Shown here piece by piece: positions 9,997 through 19,513 of a stretch of 64,000 nt of DNA. The notes under the pieces are model-generated. The model had not been told where the DNA came from. It worked only from the letters and a program-made list of their open reading frames with translations, and did not search any database. The number at the start of each line of letters is the position of its first letter. Position 1 is the first letter of the stretch. The stretch is from Microgenomates group bacterium Gr01-1014_7. Lineage in GTDB: Bacteria; Patescibacteriota; Microgenomatia; Daviesbacterales; UBA10151. The position numbers and the translations under genes were made by a program. The stretch covers positions 8,960 through 72,959 of the forward strand of contig VMGD01000004.1 in NCBI GenBank assembly GCA_007376405.1, given 5' to 3'.

Positions 9997-10242
9997 ATGA
10001 ATTACATAACTACTAATATTAGAATTCCTGAAGAAGATTATTTAAGGTTAAAGATAGAGGCTGCAAGGCAACGCAAGAGTTTAGCCGGAGTAATCAGAGA
10101 AAAAATAGGGGAGGGGAAAATTAAAAAAACATCTCCCGAGGCCTTGATGGCACGTATCAGAAGGCATGCTCACGAAAATGCCAAGTATCTTAAGGGCTTT
10201 GATTCTCTGAAGGCTTTAAGAGAAATTCGAGATGAAAACTGA
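9997..10242 (+). CDS. Ribbon-helix-helix antitoxin (VapB-like)
   Basis: TTNIRIPEEDYLRLK...SLAGVIRE; coupled to PIN toxin. Confidence 0.8.
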   Translation: MNYITTNIRIPEEDYLRLKIEAARQRKSLAGVIREKIGEGKIKKTSPEALMARIRRHAHENAKYLKGFDSLKALREIRDEN

Positions 10243-10658
10243 TGATAATTATTGACAGTTCAGTGGCCTTTAAATGGTTTAGTCAAGAAGATGAAGGAGA
10301 TATAGATAAGGCTTTAGAGATTTTAGATTTACATCTTCAAAAGAAAGAAATAATTACAGTTCCAGATCTAATTATCTACGAACTCGCAAATGTCTGGGCC
10401 ACTAAGTCCAATCTTCCATTGAAAAGAAGTAAAGTGTTTCTAAAAGATTTTCAAAATAGTCAGTTCGTAATTGAGCAGATTAGTTTTGAATTAATAAATA
10501 AGGCTATGACTTTTTCTAAAAAATACAAGGTTTCTGTATATGATACCATTTATGCAGTTTTAGCAAAAGAAAAGAAGTGTTTACTAATTACAGCTGATGA
10601 GAAGTTTGTAGAAAAGATAAATCTTCCTTTTGTCAAGCTGTTGCAAGAATATAAATAG
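10242..10658 (+). CDS. vapC: PIN-domain toxin VapC
   Basis: IIDSSVAFKW, YELAN, VYDTIY, LITAD acidic tetrad. Confidence 0.9.
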   Translation: MIIIDSSVAFKWFSQEDEGDIDKALEILDLHLQKKEIITVPDLIIYELANVWATKSNLPLKRSKVFLKDFQNSQFVIEQISFELINKAMTFSKKYKVSVYDTIYAVLAKEKKCLLITADEKFVEKINLPFVKLLQEYK

Positions 10659-10669
10659 CCTCAGATTCG

Positions 10670-10698
10670 TCAGGATTTTGTAAGTATTAAATCAAGCA
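10670..10698. repeat. 29-bp boundary repeat, copy 2
   Basis: TCAGGATTTTGTAAGTATTAAATCAAGCA. Confidence 0.85.
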
Positions 10699-10773
10699 CT
10701 TGTTTACAAAAAATACAAATGTTTGACTTTAAGTTTGGTAGGTGATACCATTAACCTATAGCTAAGTATATCC

Positions 10774-11679
10774 ATGACTATTAAACCGATTCACAAAATT
10801 TTTCCTAAAATTGAAGCTGTGTCCAAAAGAAAAAGAAATAGAGTTGGCATTGGTATTTTGCGTGATTCGGAGGAGGTTAGAAAATCACTTAAAAAGGGTT
10901 CTGAACATGCGGATATAATTGTAGTTAGTAAACACAAAATCAAAGGATTCGAAACTGTTGCTTTAGGAGAAGTTTCTGAGACAGAATATTCAAAAGCTTT
11001 AATTAAACTGCTGGAGGACGGAAAAGTTGACGCTATTGTTAGAGGGCAGGTTAAATACGGAGAATTTGAAAAGACATTCAAGGCAAAATTTGGGTTTGTC
11101 TCAGACATTGGAATGTTGGCTTTAATGCAGGATATCTTTGGCAGGCAGTGGTTTTATACCAGCGCTGACCCTTTTGATAAAAGTGAAGTCCCAGAACACA
11201 AGATTGATCTTATTGAAAAAAGTGTTCGTTATATGGAACTATATGGGATTAAGGCTAAAATTGGTGTTTTGGCAGGAGATTTTACATTTGATCGAGGAGA
11301 AAGCGCCTGGATAGATCAAACAATTCACAACGGCGAATATATAGTCAAGGTATTATCTGATGAAGGGTATGATATTAAAAATTATGCTCATTTAATTAAT
11401 GAGGCTGTTGATAATTCTAACTTAATTGTTTTTATTAATGGTTCTCAAGGTAATTTTGTATACAGGTCTCTTTATCAATTCGGGGGAGCTTTAGAAATGG
11501 GTGCTTTTGTGTTTGTACCTACTCCTTACATAGAATCTTCCAGGTATCATTTTAAATATGATGCCCATATTATTGAAGCTAATGCAGAAGTAAATTTACT
11601 CCGAACAGGAGTAAATAAAGTTTATGATCCTAAATCTGACCCCAAGAAAAAATGGAGTAAACATAGGGTGATTATATGA
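10774..11679 (+). CDS. MtxX / methanogenesis marker protein 4-like (phosphate acyltransferase-related fold)
   Basis: LLEDGKVDAIVRG, KIGVLAG, IDQTIHNGE, LINEAV..SNLIV..NGSQGNFVYRSL..FGG...GA and YIESSR follow the MtxX motif order as I recall it. Confidence 0.7.
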   Translation: MTIKPIHKIFPKIEAVSKRKRNRVGIGILRDSEEVRKSLKKGSEHADIIVVSKHKIKGFETVALGEVSETEYSKALIKLLEDGKVDAIVRGQVKYGEFEKTFKAKFGFVSDIGMLALMQDIFGRQWFYTSADPFDKSEVPEHKIDLIEKSVRYMELYGIKAKIGVLAGDFTFDRGESAWIDQTIHNGEYIVKVLSDEGYDIKNYAHLINEAVDNSNLIVFINGSQGNFVYRSLYQFGGALEMGAFVFVPTPYIESSRYHFKYDAHIIEANAEVNLLRTGVNKVYDPKSDPKKKWSKHRVII

Positions 11680-13370
11680 GTGAAACAGCAGTTGCAGAAA
11701 GACCATTAACACATTTTCAGCCGGATAAAGCATTCTCTTCGGAAACCAGAGGATTTGAGCAAACAGAATTTGTAGTTGATCCCAGCTCTGGTCTAATTAT
11801 AAAGGCGGGCAATGCACGAGATGTAACAGCCTGGATCGAAGGAGAAAGAGGAAGAGCCACCGCGGAAAGACCAGTTGATATTAGTGTGGTTCGAGGTGGA
11901 GTTATGCTTCCGGGTTTTGTTGATGCACATGCTCATCCATTTCTTTTTAGTGGGATAGAACTTCCAAATCCTACTGATGTTTCAGGAGCTGAAACTAAAG
12001 AGCAGTTAATTGCTATATTAAAAAAGGCTGTTAATGATAAAGAACCAGGCAAGTTTGTAGTAGCCCAAGGCTTTGATACATCTAAAATAAAAAATTTAAC
12101 TAGAAGGGATCTAGATGAAGTTTCTCCCCATCATAAAATTGTAGTTTATGATCCTTCTTACCATGGTTGTGTTGTCAATTCTAAAGCTTTTGATGAAGTT
12201 GAAAGATACGGGAAAGATTATGAACGTAAAACAGGAAAGCTTCGTGGGGTTAAACAAGCTAACGGACACTTAAAAGAATCCTGGGTCTATATGACCTTTG
12301 AATTAATCGAGGCAGAAGAATCAGTTGAAAGGTTAGTTGAAGCAACCAGAGCAACCTTTGAAGATCATTTAACCAGAGGTATTACTACTATTCAGGACTT
12401 GGAACTTGGTACGTATCAGGAAGTTATTGCCTATTTTATGTTGCGACAAGAGATGGGAGATAAAATCCCGGTAAGTGAGATTTATCTGCAACCCAGAACT
12501 CTAAGGTATGTTTTATCGCAAATTGAAGATTTACGAGGGAGAGGGCTGGTTTCGGGTGAAGATGATATCCAAAGCCTCATTAAAGAGAGAGTTTTGGGAA
12601 TTAAACTTTATGCTGATGGCTCATTTGGAACTCATACAGCTTTGATTGACGAGCCTTATGAAGATACCCATGGTCATGGATTCACTTTCTATACCAATAG
12701 AATGTTTGATGATGCAATTAGATTAGCAAAAGAGATGGGTGTTGAAAATATTGGTGTCCATGCGATTGGTGATAGGGGAATTCAAAGAGCAGTTAATACA
12801 GCCAAAAAATGGCGGGTACTGGCAGAAAAGGCTCATTTAGATCCAACTAGATTTAGAATAGAACATTATGAAATGCCAACTGCAGAAATTAACAGACAAG
12901 TTGCGGAACTTGGTATTTGGGCAGTTCCCCAACCAAATTTTATAGCAGATGATTTGATTTATTCTGATAGAGTTGGAGAAAGAATTCGAATGATCTGTCC
13001 TCATAAAGACATTCTTAATCAGGGAGTTCCGATGATGCTGGGATCAGACAGTATGCCTACTTCTGCACTTTTTGGTATTTTTATGGCAACTCATGCACCG
13101 GAGGTTTCTCAAAGACTAACTTTTGCTGAAGCTCTATTAGCTTATACATTGGCTTCAGGAAGATATGAAGGCAAAGCAAGAGGTGAACTAAAAGAGGGGC
13201 AGCAAGCAGATATAGTTGTTCTGGATCAAAAAGGAGTTGATCAAGTCTTGGAAGGCGGACCACTTGGGACTAGTGACAAAATTGATTCAGGAGAAGTTAG
13301 AGCAGCGCTTGATGCCAATGTTCAAAGAGTTTTCCGCCTGGGTGAAGAAGTACACCGCAGGTCTGCTTAA
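11676..13370 (+). CDS. Metal-dependent amidohydrolase (Amidohydro_3, YtcJ-like)
   Basis: PGFVDAHAH, KLYADGSFG, HAIGD, RIEH, GSD, G.L..GQQADIVVLD. Confidence 0.9.
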   Translation: MSETAVAERPLTHFQPDKAFSSETRGFEQTEFVVDPSSGLIIKAGNARDVTAWIEGERGRATAERPVDISVVRGGVMLPGFVDAHAHPFLFSGIELPNPTDVSGAETKEQLIAILKKAVNDKEPGKFVVAQGFDTSKIKNLTRRDLDEVSPHHKIVVYDPSYHGCVVNSKAFDEVERYGKDYERKTGKLRGVKQANGHLKESWVYMTFELIEAEESVERLVEATRATFEDHLTRGITTIQDLELGTYQEVIAYFMLRQEMGDKIPVSEIYLQPRTLRYVLSQIEDLRGRGLVSGEDDIQSLIKERVLGIKLYADGSFGTHTALIDEPYEDTHGHGFTFYTNRMFDDAIRLAKEMGVENIGVHAIGDRGIQRAVNTAKKWRVLAEKAHLDPTRFRIEHYEMPTAEINRQVAELGIWAVPQPNFIADDLIYSDRVGERIRMICPHKDILNQGVPMMLGSDSMPTSALFGIFMATHAPEVSQRLTFAEALLAYTLASGRYEGKARGELKEGQQADIVVLDQKGVDQVLEGGPLGTSDKIDSGEVRAALDANVQRVFRLGEEVHRRSA

Positions 13371-13387
13371 GGTTATACTTAGGGCAA

Positions 13388-14716
13388 ATGAAATTTTTAG
13401 CCAACCGAGTTTCCGGGACTGAAGGATGCATTTTTGCTCTTTCTCTTATCCAAGAGGTAGTTAAAACCTGCAATCAAAGAAATAAATATTACTACACTTT
13501 TTATGCCACAGACATCAATACTATTACCAACCAATGTGGTGAGTGGATAAGAGAGGATGAAAACAAAAGTATTGCCCAGCAAATCATGAGTGATGCTAAA
13601 TTAGATAATCTAAATTATTTTAAAAAACTGGAGAAAACAGTTAAAAAAGAAGCTTTGGAATTTAAAAAATACTCGATAAATCTTTTAGGCCAACTCTCTC
13701 CTACTATCTCTGATAAAAAGCTTATTCAAAGTTACAATAGGTTTATCAAAAAATATATTTACTATTATGGACCAGGAATTATAACATTTTTGTATGAATC
13801 AATTATTTCAGATTGGTTATATTTATCTTTATCAAAAAAATATGGAAATGCCACTGAAATTATAAGTAAGCTTCTGCAATCAGATTATCAAAGCTTTTTA
13901 ATGGTTTCAGAGAAGCTGCTTAAAGAAAAACAAATTAAAAAATATCTTAAAGATTTTTTCTTTATGGGTACTACTTACTTTGATGCTCCCATACTTGATG
14001 AGGCCCAAGTTTTAGAAAAAGCAAAAGAGTTGGATGAACATAAAATAAAAACCGAAAGTGTACAAAACCTTAAATTCAAGCTTGATGAGGAAGAGGTGAT
14101 TATAGCAAAGCTTCTAAAAATATCTGCTGTTATAAGAGACTTGAGAAAATATACCAATCTAATTGGAGGATATACCATATTCAGATTTTTGGATGAGGCA
14201 GTTAGAAGAAAAAAGATAAATAGAAATTTAGCAAAAAGAATGTTTTGGTTTGAATTTGAAAAGCTGTTTTTAAATCCTAAAGAAATGCTTCAAACTCTGC
14301 ATAAAAGAAAATTTGTTTCCATTGTTTTTTCGCATGGAAAGGTGAACTATTTTGAGAAAAAAGTCTTGCAAGATAAAACAAAATTTTCATTTAAGGGAAT
14401 TTTAAAGGGCACGCCTGCTTCCAAGGGCACTATTTCCGGAATAGTAAAAATAGTTATGGCCCAAAAAGATTTTCCAGGGTTTAAAAAAGGGCAAATTCTG
14501 GTTGCGGAAATGACCAGGCCGGATTATTTACCTGTAATGAGAAAGGCTGCAGCTATCATTACAGACGAGGGAGGGTTAACCTGTCATGCTGCAATTGTAG
14601 CCAGAGAGCTGGGGATTCCCTGTATTGTGGGGACAAGGATTGCAACCCGGAGTTTAAAAAACGGAGATAAAATCAATTTGGATGCTGAAAAAGGTACAAT
14701 TAGGGTAATTTCATGA
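13388..14716 (+). CDS. Dikinase-type subunit: helical N-terminal domain plus C-terminal phospho-His swivel (PEP-utilizer mobile) domain
   Basis: ILVAEMTRPDY...ITDEGGLTCHAAIVARELGIPCIVG. Confidence 0.85.
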   Translation: MKFLANRVSGTEGCIFALSLIQEVVKTCNQRNKYYYTFYATDINTITNQCGEWIREDENKSIAQQIMSDAKLDNLNYFKKLEKTVKKEALEFKKYSINLLGQLSPTISDKKLIQSYNRFIKKYIYYYGPGIITFLYESIISDWLYLSLSKKYGNATEIISKLLQSDYQSFLMVSEKLLKEKQIKKYLKDFFFMGTTYFDAPILDEAQVLEKAKELDEHKIKTESVQNLKFKLDEEEVIIAKLLKISAVIRDLRKYTNLIGGYTIFRFLDEAVRRKKINRNLAKRMFWFEFEKLFLNPKEMLQTLHKRKFVSIVFSHGKVNYFEKKVLQDKTKFSFKGILKGTPASKGTISGIVKIVMAQKDFPGFKKGQILVAEMTRPDYLPVMRKAAAIITDEGGLTCHAAIVARELGIPCIVGTRIATRSLKNGDKINLDAEKGTIRVIS

Positions 14717-14811
14717 TTAAACATAAGTTTTTGGAGTCTTTCAAAAAGAATAGGCCTCTCTTTTGATATAATATAGGTGTAATTTGTTCTGTTCAAACAA
14801 GAAATTAAATT

Positions 14812-15270
14812 ATGAAAATGGAATTAAGAAATTTGATTGAGGATTATCTTAAAAAAGCAAAAATGCTTCAGGTTGCTACGGCCAAAGAAAATCAGTCTTG
14901 GGCTTGTACTGTCTATTTTGCCTTTGATGAGAAATTAAATATTTATTGGATCTCTGAACCCACTCGTCGTCACTCAGAGGAAATAAGAAACAACGACAAA
15001 GTTGCCGGAGTAATTGTTCTTCCACATACACCCGGAGACAAAGTACGAGGAATTCAATTTCAAGGAACTGCAAGAGAGCTAACCGATAGAGATGAGGCAG
15101 TCGCAGGTATGAAGTATTATACAGAGCGTTTTGGTATGGAATCAAAGCGTGTAAATACGATTCTTGATGGTACAGATGGTCACGTTTGTTACAAAATTAC
15201 TCCAAGCCTTTACGTCCTATTCGATGAGGCAAATTTCCCAGATAATCCAAGACAGGAGTATAAACTATGA
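14812..15270 (+). CDS. Pyridoxamine-5'-phosphate-oxidase-like FMN-binding split-barrel protein
   Basis: LQVATA....WACTVYF...YWIS...RRHS...RGIQFQGTA. Confidence 0.8.
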   Translation: MKMELRNLIEDYLKKAKMLQVATAKENQSWACTVYFAFDEKLNIYWISEPTRRHSEEIRNNDKVAGVIVLPHTPGDKVRGIQFQGTARELTDRDEAVAGMKYYTERFGMESKRVNTILDGTDGHVCYKITPSLYVLFDEANFPDNPRQEYKL

Positions 15271-16004
15271 AATTAAAAGATAAAGTTGTTCTTGTAACTG
15301 GAGGTAGTAGTGGAATCGGCAAAGCTATTGTTATGGCCTTCGCTAATGAAGGTTGTAATATAGTTTTTACATATAACTCGAAGAAAAAAGAATCAGAAGA
15401 TATTGTTAAAGAAGTTGAACAGCTAGGAATTAAAACATTAGCGGTCAAAGTCGATATGCACTCAGAGGAAGATATCCAAAAACTTTTTGACCAAATTAAA
15501 GAGAAATTTAAAACTTTGGATATTTTAGTTAATAGCGCAGGAATAAATAGACCAAGAGATCTTTTTGATCTTAAGGTTTGGAGAGAAGTTTTTGAAATTA
15601 ATTTGTTTTCAGTTGTCCTTTGTACTGAAAAAGCTGTGGGGTTAATGGAAAATGGAGGTAAGATTCTTAACGTTTCCTCAATTTATGCTGAAGGAAAAGC
15701 TTGTTGGAAAGGCCTTCCTGCTTATGGAGCATCGAAAGCTGCAATAAGCCATTTTACACAAACTCTGGCGAAAAACTTAGCACCTAAAATTTTAGTAAAT
15801 GCAATTGCACCAGGGTATGTAAAAACTCCGCTCTGGATAGACACAACTGAAGAAGATTTTGAAAATAGTGGTAAAGAACAATTAATTAAAAGGATGATTA
15901 TGCCTGAAGAAATTGCTGAAATGGCTGTCGCAATTGTTAAAAACGATGCCATGACAGGTGAAGTTGTTGTGATCGATGGTGGGATAAGTCTAAAAACGGT
16001 TTAG
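15267..16004 (+). CDS. Short-chain dehydrogenase/reductase
   Basis: VTGGSSGIG, NSAG, YGASK, VNAIAPGYV, DGG. Confidence 0.95.
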   Translation: MKLKDKVVLVTGGSSGIGKAIVMAFANEGCNIVFTYNSKKKESEDIVKEVEQLGIKTLAVKVDMHSEEDIQKLFDQIKEKFKTLDILVNSAGINRPRDLFDLKVWREVFEINLFSVVLCTEKAVGLMENGGKILNVSSIYAEGKACWKGLPAYGASKAAISHFTQTLAKNLAPKILVNAIAPGYVKTPLWIDTTEEDFENSGKEQLIKRMIMPEEIAEMAVAIVKNDAMTGEVVVIDGGISLKTV

Positions 16005-16084
16005 ATTTGAATAGACCTCACATTATAAACTCTACCCGATACTTTGGAGAAAAAGATATATTTGTTGCTCCTGTTTTATACCAA

Positions 16085-16519
16085 TTAGTGTCCCAACAAG
16101 ATGTCATTCCGAGCGATTAGCGAGGAATCTTCCACGATAGGATTAAATAATATTTCCATATAAATCCTTAAGCTCCGGATTAAATTCTATAATTAATTTA
16201 TCTTTCTTTTTTCTTGACCAGCCCTTAATCTGTTTTTCTCTTTCTATGGCAGAGTTTGGGTCTTCAAATACTTCAAAATATAAAAGATCATGGAGGGAAT
16301 ATCTTTTGGTAAAGCCATCAGCTAAATTATTTTTATGCTCGTATATTCTTTTTACTAAATTACCTGTTACTCCTGTATATAGAGTTGTTCTTCTGAAATT
16401 ACTTAAAATGTAGACAAAGTAATACCTGGGAGCCATATAAATCATTATACTGGAAGATTGCCACGTCAGTCGCTTCGCTCCTTCCTCGCAATGACAATTC
16501 TTATACTTTAGTGTCCCAA
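16085..16519. mobile_element. GIY-YIG/REP mini-element with inverted REP ends and 12-bp direct repeats
   Basis: TTAGTGTCCCAA at 16085-16096 and 16508-16519; GTCATTCCGAG...GGAATCTTCC (left) and inverted GGAAGATTGCC...CTCGCAATGAC (right). Confidence 0.7.
16143..16445 (-). CDS. Small GIY-YIG nuclease
   Basis: YFVYIL...LYTGVT..LVKRIYEH...AIEREKQIKGW. Confidence 0.92.
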   Translation of the reverse strand: MIYMAPRYYFVYILSNFRRTTLYTGVTGNLVKRIYEHKNNLADGFTKRYSLHDLLYFEVFEDPNSAIEREKQIKGWSRKKKDKLIIEFNPELKDLYGNII

Positions 16520-16574
16520 ATCTTAAAAATCTGTGCCTAAAACCCCCTCCTTATCATAAATGGATGCTAATGAA

Positions 16575-16601
16575 CTACCCCACAGCAAGCTGACGGGGTA
16601 T
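16575..16601. repeat. Hairpin resembling an IS200/IS605-type terminal palindrome (orphan)
   Basis: TACCCC-A-CAGCAAGCTG-AC-GGGGTA; no transposase nearby. Confidence 0.4.
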
Positions 16602-16701
16602 AATAAACAAATTAACCTAATTTCTAATTGACCTAAATAATTTAAAATTTAGTCATTGGGATTTGTTTAAAAATTAGTAATTAGAAATTAGAAATTTAAA
16701 T

Positions 16702-18132
16702 ATGGACATTAAACAAAAATTTGTAGAAGCATTCAAAAGAATCTGGTATATACAGGGCTTTAATGCTTATCCCCTGTTTTTAAACAGGGCCGGGATTAGC
16801 GGGTTTGAAATGGAGAAAGTTTTAGGCTATGGCTACTCCATTATACTTAATAGTTACAGAAACGGTTATTGTGAAATGCATTATTTAAGCGCTGATTTAA
16901 AAAGAATTTGGGAAAGGGTAAAAGAAAACCTTAAAAAAGATTCAAAATATGTTGAAAAAATTGCCAGCAAATACTTTAAGATTTTTGAAAAACACGAGAA
17001 ATTATTCAAGCAAATGGATAAACTTAATTTAAGCAAATTAGAAGAGCCAGAATTAATTCAGTTGCTCAAAAACTGCTCCCAAGCCTCAATTGATGCTGTT
17101 GGAGTGGCTCACATTGTTGACCCGATTGGCATTGGCAGTGAAGTAGAATTTAAACAAAAACTGCTTTCGGAAATTAAAAATAAGGATAAATTCAATGAAT
17201 ATTTCTCAATTTTAACCACCCCTTTGAAACTGTCTTTCCTGGGCCGGGAAGAGGAAGATTTGCGAAAAATTGGAAACTTAACCGGGATAAAAAGAAAAAA
17301 AGCGCTAAAGCTCCATTTAAAAAAATATTCCTGGGTAAATAACAGCTATGCCGGGCCAACTGAAATTACTTTAACAAGTTTGTCAAGACGTTTGAATTTA
17401 TTGAATAAAGAAAAAGTAAAACCTAAACTCCTTAAAACTGAACTGATAAATGAGCTATCCTTAAGCAAAGAGATAAAAGATTTAATTGCAGTAATTGACT
17501 TTTCAACCATCTGGCAGGACAGGAGGAAAAAGAATGTCCTAATTTCTATCTCTTATTTTAGTAAAGTGCTGGAGGAAGTAAGCAAAAGAATAAGCATCCC
17601 TTCCAAATTACTTTATTTTTTTGGAATTGAAGATTTTAACAGCATAAATAGTTTTAAAGATATAAAAAAGTTTAAGGGGGAGCTGGAAGAAAGAACGAAG
17701 GGAGTATTTTTCCTGCTTGATCAGGGGCAAGAATTTGAAGTTTGCGGGCAAGATTATCAAACTCTTTATAAAATTTATAGTGAGGTTGAAAAAGGGCAGA
17801 GCAGACCAGTAGAAGACATACATGGATCAGTTGCCAACAGGGGTACAGCACTTGGCAAAGTTGTAATATGTAAAGATTTAGAGTCAATTCAAAAAGTAGA
17901 GACAGGTAATGTGATTGTAGCCTCAATGACCAGACCTGAATTTATGCCGGCTTTAAAAAAAGCTTCTGCTATTGTAACTGATGAGGGAGGGGTAACATGT
18001 CATGCCGCGATTCTATCAAGAGAACTGGGCATTCCCGCAATTATTGGCACTAAAATTGCCACCAGGATTTTACGGGACGGGATGAAAGTGGAGGTAAGGG
18101 CAAACCATGGAATTGTCAGAATCATTAGCTGA
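16702..18132 (+). CDS. Dikinase-type subunit 2: helical N-terminal domain plus phospho-His swivel domain
   Basis: MTRPEF...VTDEGGVTCHAAILSRELGIPAIIG. Confidence 0.85.
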   Translation: MDIKQKFVEAFKRIWYIQGFNAYPLFLNRAGISGFEMEKVLGYGYSIILNSYRNGYCEMHYLSADLKRIWERVKENLKKDSKYVEKIASKYFKIFEKHEKLFKQMDKLNLSKLEEPELIQLLKNCSQASIDAVGVAHIVDPIGIGSEVEFKQKLLSEIKNKDKFNEYFSILTTPLKLSFLGREEEDLRKIGNLTGIKRKKALKLHLKKYSWVNNSYAGPTEITLTSLSRRLNLLNKEKVKPKLLKTELINELSLSKEIKDLIAVIDFSTIWQDRRKKNVLISISYFSKVLEEVSKRISIPSKLLYFFGIEDFNSINSFKDIKKFKGELEERTKGVFFLLDQGQEFEVCGQDYQTLYKIYSEVEKGQSRPVEDIHGSVANRGTALGKVVICKDLESIQKVETGNVIVASMTRPEFMPALKKASAIVTDEGGVTCHAAILSRELGIPAIIGTKIATRILRDGMKVEVRANHGIVRIIS

Positions 18133-19513
18133 TAAACCAATCTGGCGGACTCTGCTCACTCGTGAAGGAGTAGATATTACTACTCTGTCTGTATTAAATG
18201 AGGCCTTTTATAAATTTATTTGGGAATATACTAAGACGCGCGATTTAGCTTATTTTACCCATTTTAAGGATAGGGTATTTACCCACTATATTGCCTTGGA
18301 TCATAAAGAAGTAGGACGCTCTCTTAGGTTCAAATATTTTCCCAATCAAGAGGTAATAAAAAAGCTTTACTCAAAAGGCCTGGTAATTTTAAAAAAAGCC
18401 AAAAAAGATGATGTAACTTTAAGTAAAATATCTTCTCCTGGTTTTTCACAATTAAAAGAACTGTTAGCGGATTTTTATCAGGGATACCGGGAAATTAATT
18501 TTGTCTACAGCATTGCCGGCTGGCTGGCTATTGAGGCCTGGCAGAGCGATTTTGAGGAGTTACTGGAAAAATTAATCCGGCACAGTAATTTAACCGGCCA
18601 ATCCGAAAGAATCAAAGCTTCTGTTTATAAACCATGGAAAAAAACAGCCTTGCCCCAAATCCAGGAAAAACAATCCTTAGGTATTTCTCCTCGTAAACTG
18701 GCAGGGCAATACCAGTTTTTAAGAAGCTGGACATTAATTTGGTATAAACCAATTACAGTTAGTTGGATCAGGAACTTGGCAGTAGGGAATCAGGTTAAGC
18801 AAGAAGTCTATACCAAACAGCAGTTAAAAGAAATGCTCAAGCCCAACAAGCAAGAGTGGGAGATGATTGAGCTTACTCCATACCTGACCTTTTTTAAAGA
18901 CTGGAGAGATGATTTAAGAAGAGCTTATGTTTATAACTGGTCTTTTCTTTTTGACAAAATTGCCAAAAAATTTAATATTTCCCGGGAAGATTTAGGTTAC
19001 CTGACGTTTGATGAAATTAAAAAAGCTTTGTATAATGAAAAAATTCCCCTGCATCTTATTAAAGAAAGAAAAATAAATGGCTGTTTCATAGCCTTTGATT
19101 TAAAAACGAAAAAAATTCAGGCAATTAAGCTTTCCAAAGTTTATAGCCATGCCATGTCCCTGGCAAAAAAGTTAAGTAATAACAATGTAGTTTTGGGAAC
19201 AGTGGCCCAGACCGGAGTAGTTCAGGGCCATGTTAAAATTATCACAGGCTTTCATGATATTAAGAAAGTTCAAAAAGGTGAAATCCTGGTTGCTAATACC
19301 ACTCACCCCAATTATCTTCCGGCCATGCAAAAAGCCGCGGCTTTTATAACTAATGAGGGCGGAGTGATTAGCCACGCGGCAATTGTGGCCAGGGAAATGA
19401 AAAAGCCCTGTATTGTCGGAACAAAAAACGCCACTTTAATTTTACATGACGGAGATTTGGTGAAAGTTGATGCAAATGCGGGTAAAGTGATAATTTTAAA
19501 GAAAGCAGGGTAA
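18107..19513 (+). CDS. Dikinase-type subunit 3: helical N-terminal domain plus phospho-His swivel domain
   Basis: TTHPNY...ITNEGGVISHAAIVAREMKKPCIVG. Confidence 0.85.
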   Translation: MELSESLADKPIWRTLLTREGVDITTLSVLNEAFYKFIWEYTKTRDLAYFTHFKDRVFTHYIALDHKEVGRSLRFKYFPNQEVIKKLYSKGLVILKKAKKDDVTLSKISSPGFSQLKELLADFYQGYREINFVYSIAGWLAIEAWQSDFEELLEKLIRHSNLTGQSERIKASVYKPWKKTALPQIQEKQSLGISPRKLAGQYQFLRSWTLIWYKPITVSWIRNLAVGNQVKQEVYTKQQLKEMLKPNKQEWEMIELTPYLTFFKDWRDDLRRAYVYNWSFLFDKIAKKFNISREDLGYLTFDEIKKALYNEKIPLHLIKERKINGCFIAFDLKTKKIQAIKLSKVYSHAMSLAKKLSNNNVVLGTVAQTGVVQGHVKIITGFHDIKKVQKGEILVANTTHPNYLPAMQKAAAFITNEGGVISHAAIVAREMKKPCIVGTKNATLILHDGDLVKVDANAGKVIILKKAG

